This document shows positions 62,485 to 64,000 of a stretch of 64,000 bases of DNA, piece by piece (positions within the stretch are counted from its first letter, which is position 1; every line of letters begins with the position of its first letter). A program made the translations under genes and the position numbers. The DNA is from an uncultured Acidobacteriaceae bacterium (GTDB lineage Bacteria > Acidobacteriota > Terriglobia > Bryobacterales > Bryobacteraceae). The notes below the pieces were generated by a model that made no database searches, was not told where the DNA came from, and saw nothing but the letters and a program-made list of their open reading frames with translations. Location: NCBI GenBank assembly GCA_963795425.1, contig CAWCHO010000001.1, positions 339,086-403,085 of the forward strand. The letters are read 5' to 3'.

Positions 62485-64000
62485 TCAGAACTCGATGTTG
62501 GCTCGCAGCTCGATAACGCGTGAGGCGGGGTTGCCCGAAGGAAGGTACGAAACCACGCCGCCCGTACCGAAACTGAAGCCCTGCGCATTCCAAGCGGGAT
62601 TGCCAGCGGATCCGTAGGCGACGTTTTCGGCAAACACCGGGTGGTTGAAGACGTTCAAGAATTCCCCTTGCAAAACGAAGTGGATTCGCTCCCTTATAGG
62701 AAACGTTTTGGATAGCGACATGTCGTTGAAGGTCTGATGCGGGCCGTGCAGCCAGATGATGCTGCCGAAAACTCCCGGCGTGGTGTTCGGCATGATATAG
62801 GCCGGATTGGCGCCTCCGCCGCTTGGGCTGACCAGGTACTTCGGATCGATGAGATCGACGAAGGTCGCGGCCGAGCCGTTCACGGAAGGTATGCGGTAGA
62901 CGCCCACTGCGCTTTGCAATTGTGACGCCGTAATTCCGTTGAGAACCACACCTCCATCGCCGTAATCATTGACCGTGAGGTTTCCTCCATTTATTTGGAA
63001 CGGAGCGCCAGTCTGGAAGGTAAAGATATCACCCACCGTCCAGCCGCCAAAGACCGCGTTGAGAATTCCGCCTCGGTTCATCCACTGCCGTCCTTTGCCG
63101 AAGGGGAGGTCGACGGTCGTGTTCAGGTGGACGACGTGGCGCAGGTCAAATAAGGTTGGACCGTAGCTCATGCGCAGGTCGCGGAGCGTGTATTGCGGAA
63201 ACGCTGCAGTCCAGTTATTTGGCGTGGCCGTGCCGAGCGTGTGACTCCACGTGTAGTTCGCATCAAATTGAATCCCATGCCACGGTCTCTGCCGGAAATC
63301 AACCTGCAGCGCATTGTAGTTGGAGTATCCGGCGGCTTCCATATCTCCGATGGAGCTGCCGGCCGCGAACGGATTAACTTGAAAATAATTGATCGGATAG
63401 CCTGCGCCTGCACCGGTGAACCCGGCGTTTGTTACGCAAGGTCCGAACGCAGCGCCGACCAAATTGCAGAAGTACGGAACTGGCCCGGCGATCCCGGAGA
63501 GCGCTCCGGCGAATGCTCCGGCTTGTCCGGTGTTCAGATCATTAATAAAGTTCGTATTGCCATAATCGGCAAGTGGCACACCCGGACCACCGGAGGATTC
63601 GCCCGCAAACGCAGCATCGAAAACTGGCGTCGCTCTCTGTCCGGAATATCCGTTGTTGGCGAAAGATGAGATACCGTGCTGCTGGTTAACTGCCAAATTC
63701 TGCTGTGCGGCTTTGAACTGATTCAGAAAACCGTTTTCGAAGATGTTGACTTCGTTCTGATTTAGTGAGATCCACTGGTGGATCGTGCGGTTGCCGTTAT
63801 AGCGCACTTCTAGAGCTCTGGACGGGCCGAATAAATGCTGTATGCCGAAGTTCCAGGATTGCGTGTAGGGCTGTGAAATGTGTGGATCGAGTCCGTTCAC
63901 GCCCACCGTGCCGGTGAACGTGTAATCGGCTTCCGGAGCGCTCACCAGGTATTGGGTCGGTTGAAGGCCAAACGTCGGCAGGGCTTGACCTAGCGAGAGC
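62485..64000 (-). CDS. TonB-dependent receptor, C-terminal part (the 5' end lies outside the window)
   Basis: The frame is open to the window edge. The sequence is beta-barrel-like and ends '...IELRANIEF', like the other three receptors. Confidence 0.85.
   Translation of the reverse strand, partial: LSLGQALPTFGLQPTQYLVSAPEADYTFTGTVGVNGLDPHISQPYTQSWNFGIQHLFGPSRALEVRYNGNRTIHQWISLNQNEVNIFENGFLNQFKAAQQNLAVNQQHGISSFANNGYSGQRATPVFDAAFAGESSGGPGVPLADYGNTNFINDLNTGQAGAFAGALSGIAGPVPYFCNLVGAAFGPCVTNAGFTGAGAGYPINYFQVNPFAAGSSIGDMEAAGYSNYNALQVDFRQRPWHGIQFDANYTWSHTLGTATPNNWTAAFPQYTLRDLRMSYGPTLFDLRHVVHLNTTVDLPFGKGRQWMNRGGILNAVFGGWTVGDIFTFQTGAPFQINGGNLTVNDYGDGGVVLNGITASQLQSAVGVYRIPSVNGSAATFVDLIDPKYLVSPSGGGANPAYIMPNTTPGVFGSIIWLHGPHQTFNDMSLSKTFPIRERIHFVLQGEFLNVFNHPVFAENVAYGSAGNPAWNAQGFSFGTGGVVSYLPSGNPASRVIELRANIEF

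Noticed and set aside
1-64000. CRISPR arrays, rRNA genes, transposases, integrases and prophage structural genes
   Set aside because: I scanned the intergenic regions and ORF products. I found no regularly spaced direct repeats, no DDE/tyrosine-recombinase motifs and no phage-like proteins.

Overview
This is a 64-kb chromosomal segment that reads like an Acidobacteriota (Terriglobia-type) genome. The signs are high GC, four very long TonB-dependent receptors with an N-terminal carboxypeptidase-regulatory-like domain, a PadR plus duplicated orphan FtsX permease (ADOP) pair, and many Sec/TAT-exported hydrolases. No database search or software was run; every call comes from reading the ORF-track proteins and the DNA.

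Layout:
- (a) 1-2908: an SDR / MFS / isopropylmalate-tartrate-dehydrogenase-like cluster. Its last gene is broken.
- (b) 2976-3272: a histone-H1-like basic protein.
- (c) 4020-24859: ten same-strand genes whose enzymes all point to D-amino-acid or cell-wall peptide chemistry, plus two TonB-dependent receptors and an RpiR/MurR regulator. The enzymes are a VanX-type dipeptidase, an enolase-superfamily racemase/epimerase, two beta-lactamase-fold hydrolases, an S9 peptidase and a PBP4::D-aminoacylase fusion. This is my best candidate for an undescribed system.
- (d) 25145-29324: AraC, a sodium:solute symporter, a small membrane subunit, an araB remnant and araD.
- (e) 29358-42529: a glycan-utilisation block. 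It holds a TonB-dependent receptor, a beta-helix protein and an alpha-galactosidase-like barrel, with a divergent ECF sigma / zinc-finger anti-sigma / polytopic membrane protein trio, then GH42, an esterase and a sugar-phosphate isomerase.
- (f) 42583-48731: a decayed stretch. It starts with a 3' half of tRNA-Pro and holds orphan ORFs, frameshifted genes and an internally deleted gene.
- (g) 48938-64000: GH31, GH51, PadR-ADOP, GH127, a DPP-IV-like S9 peptidase, an orphan TAT-exported protein and a fourth TonB-dependent receptor that runs off the window.

I saw no CRISPR array, rRNA gene, intact tRNA, transposase or integrase.
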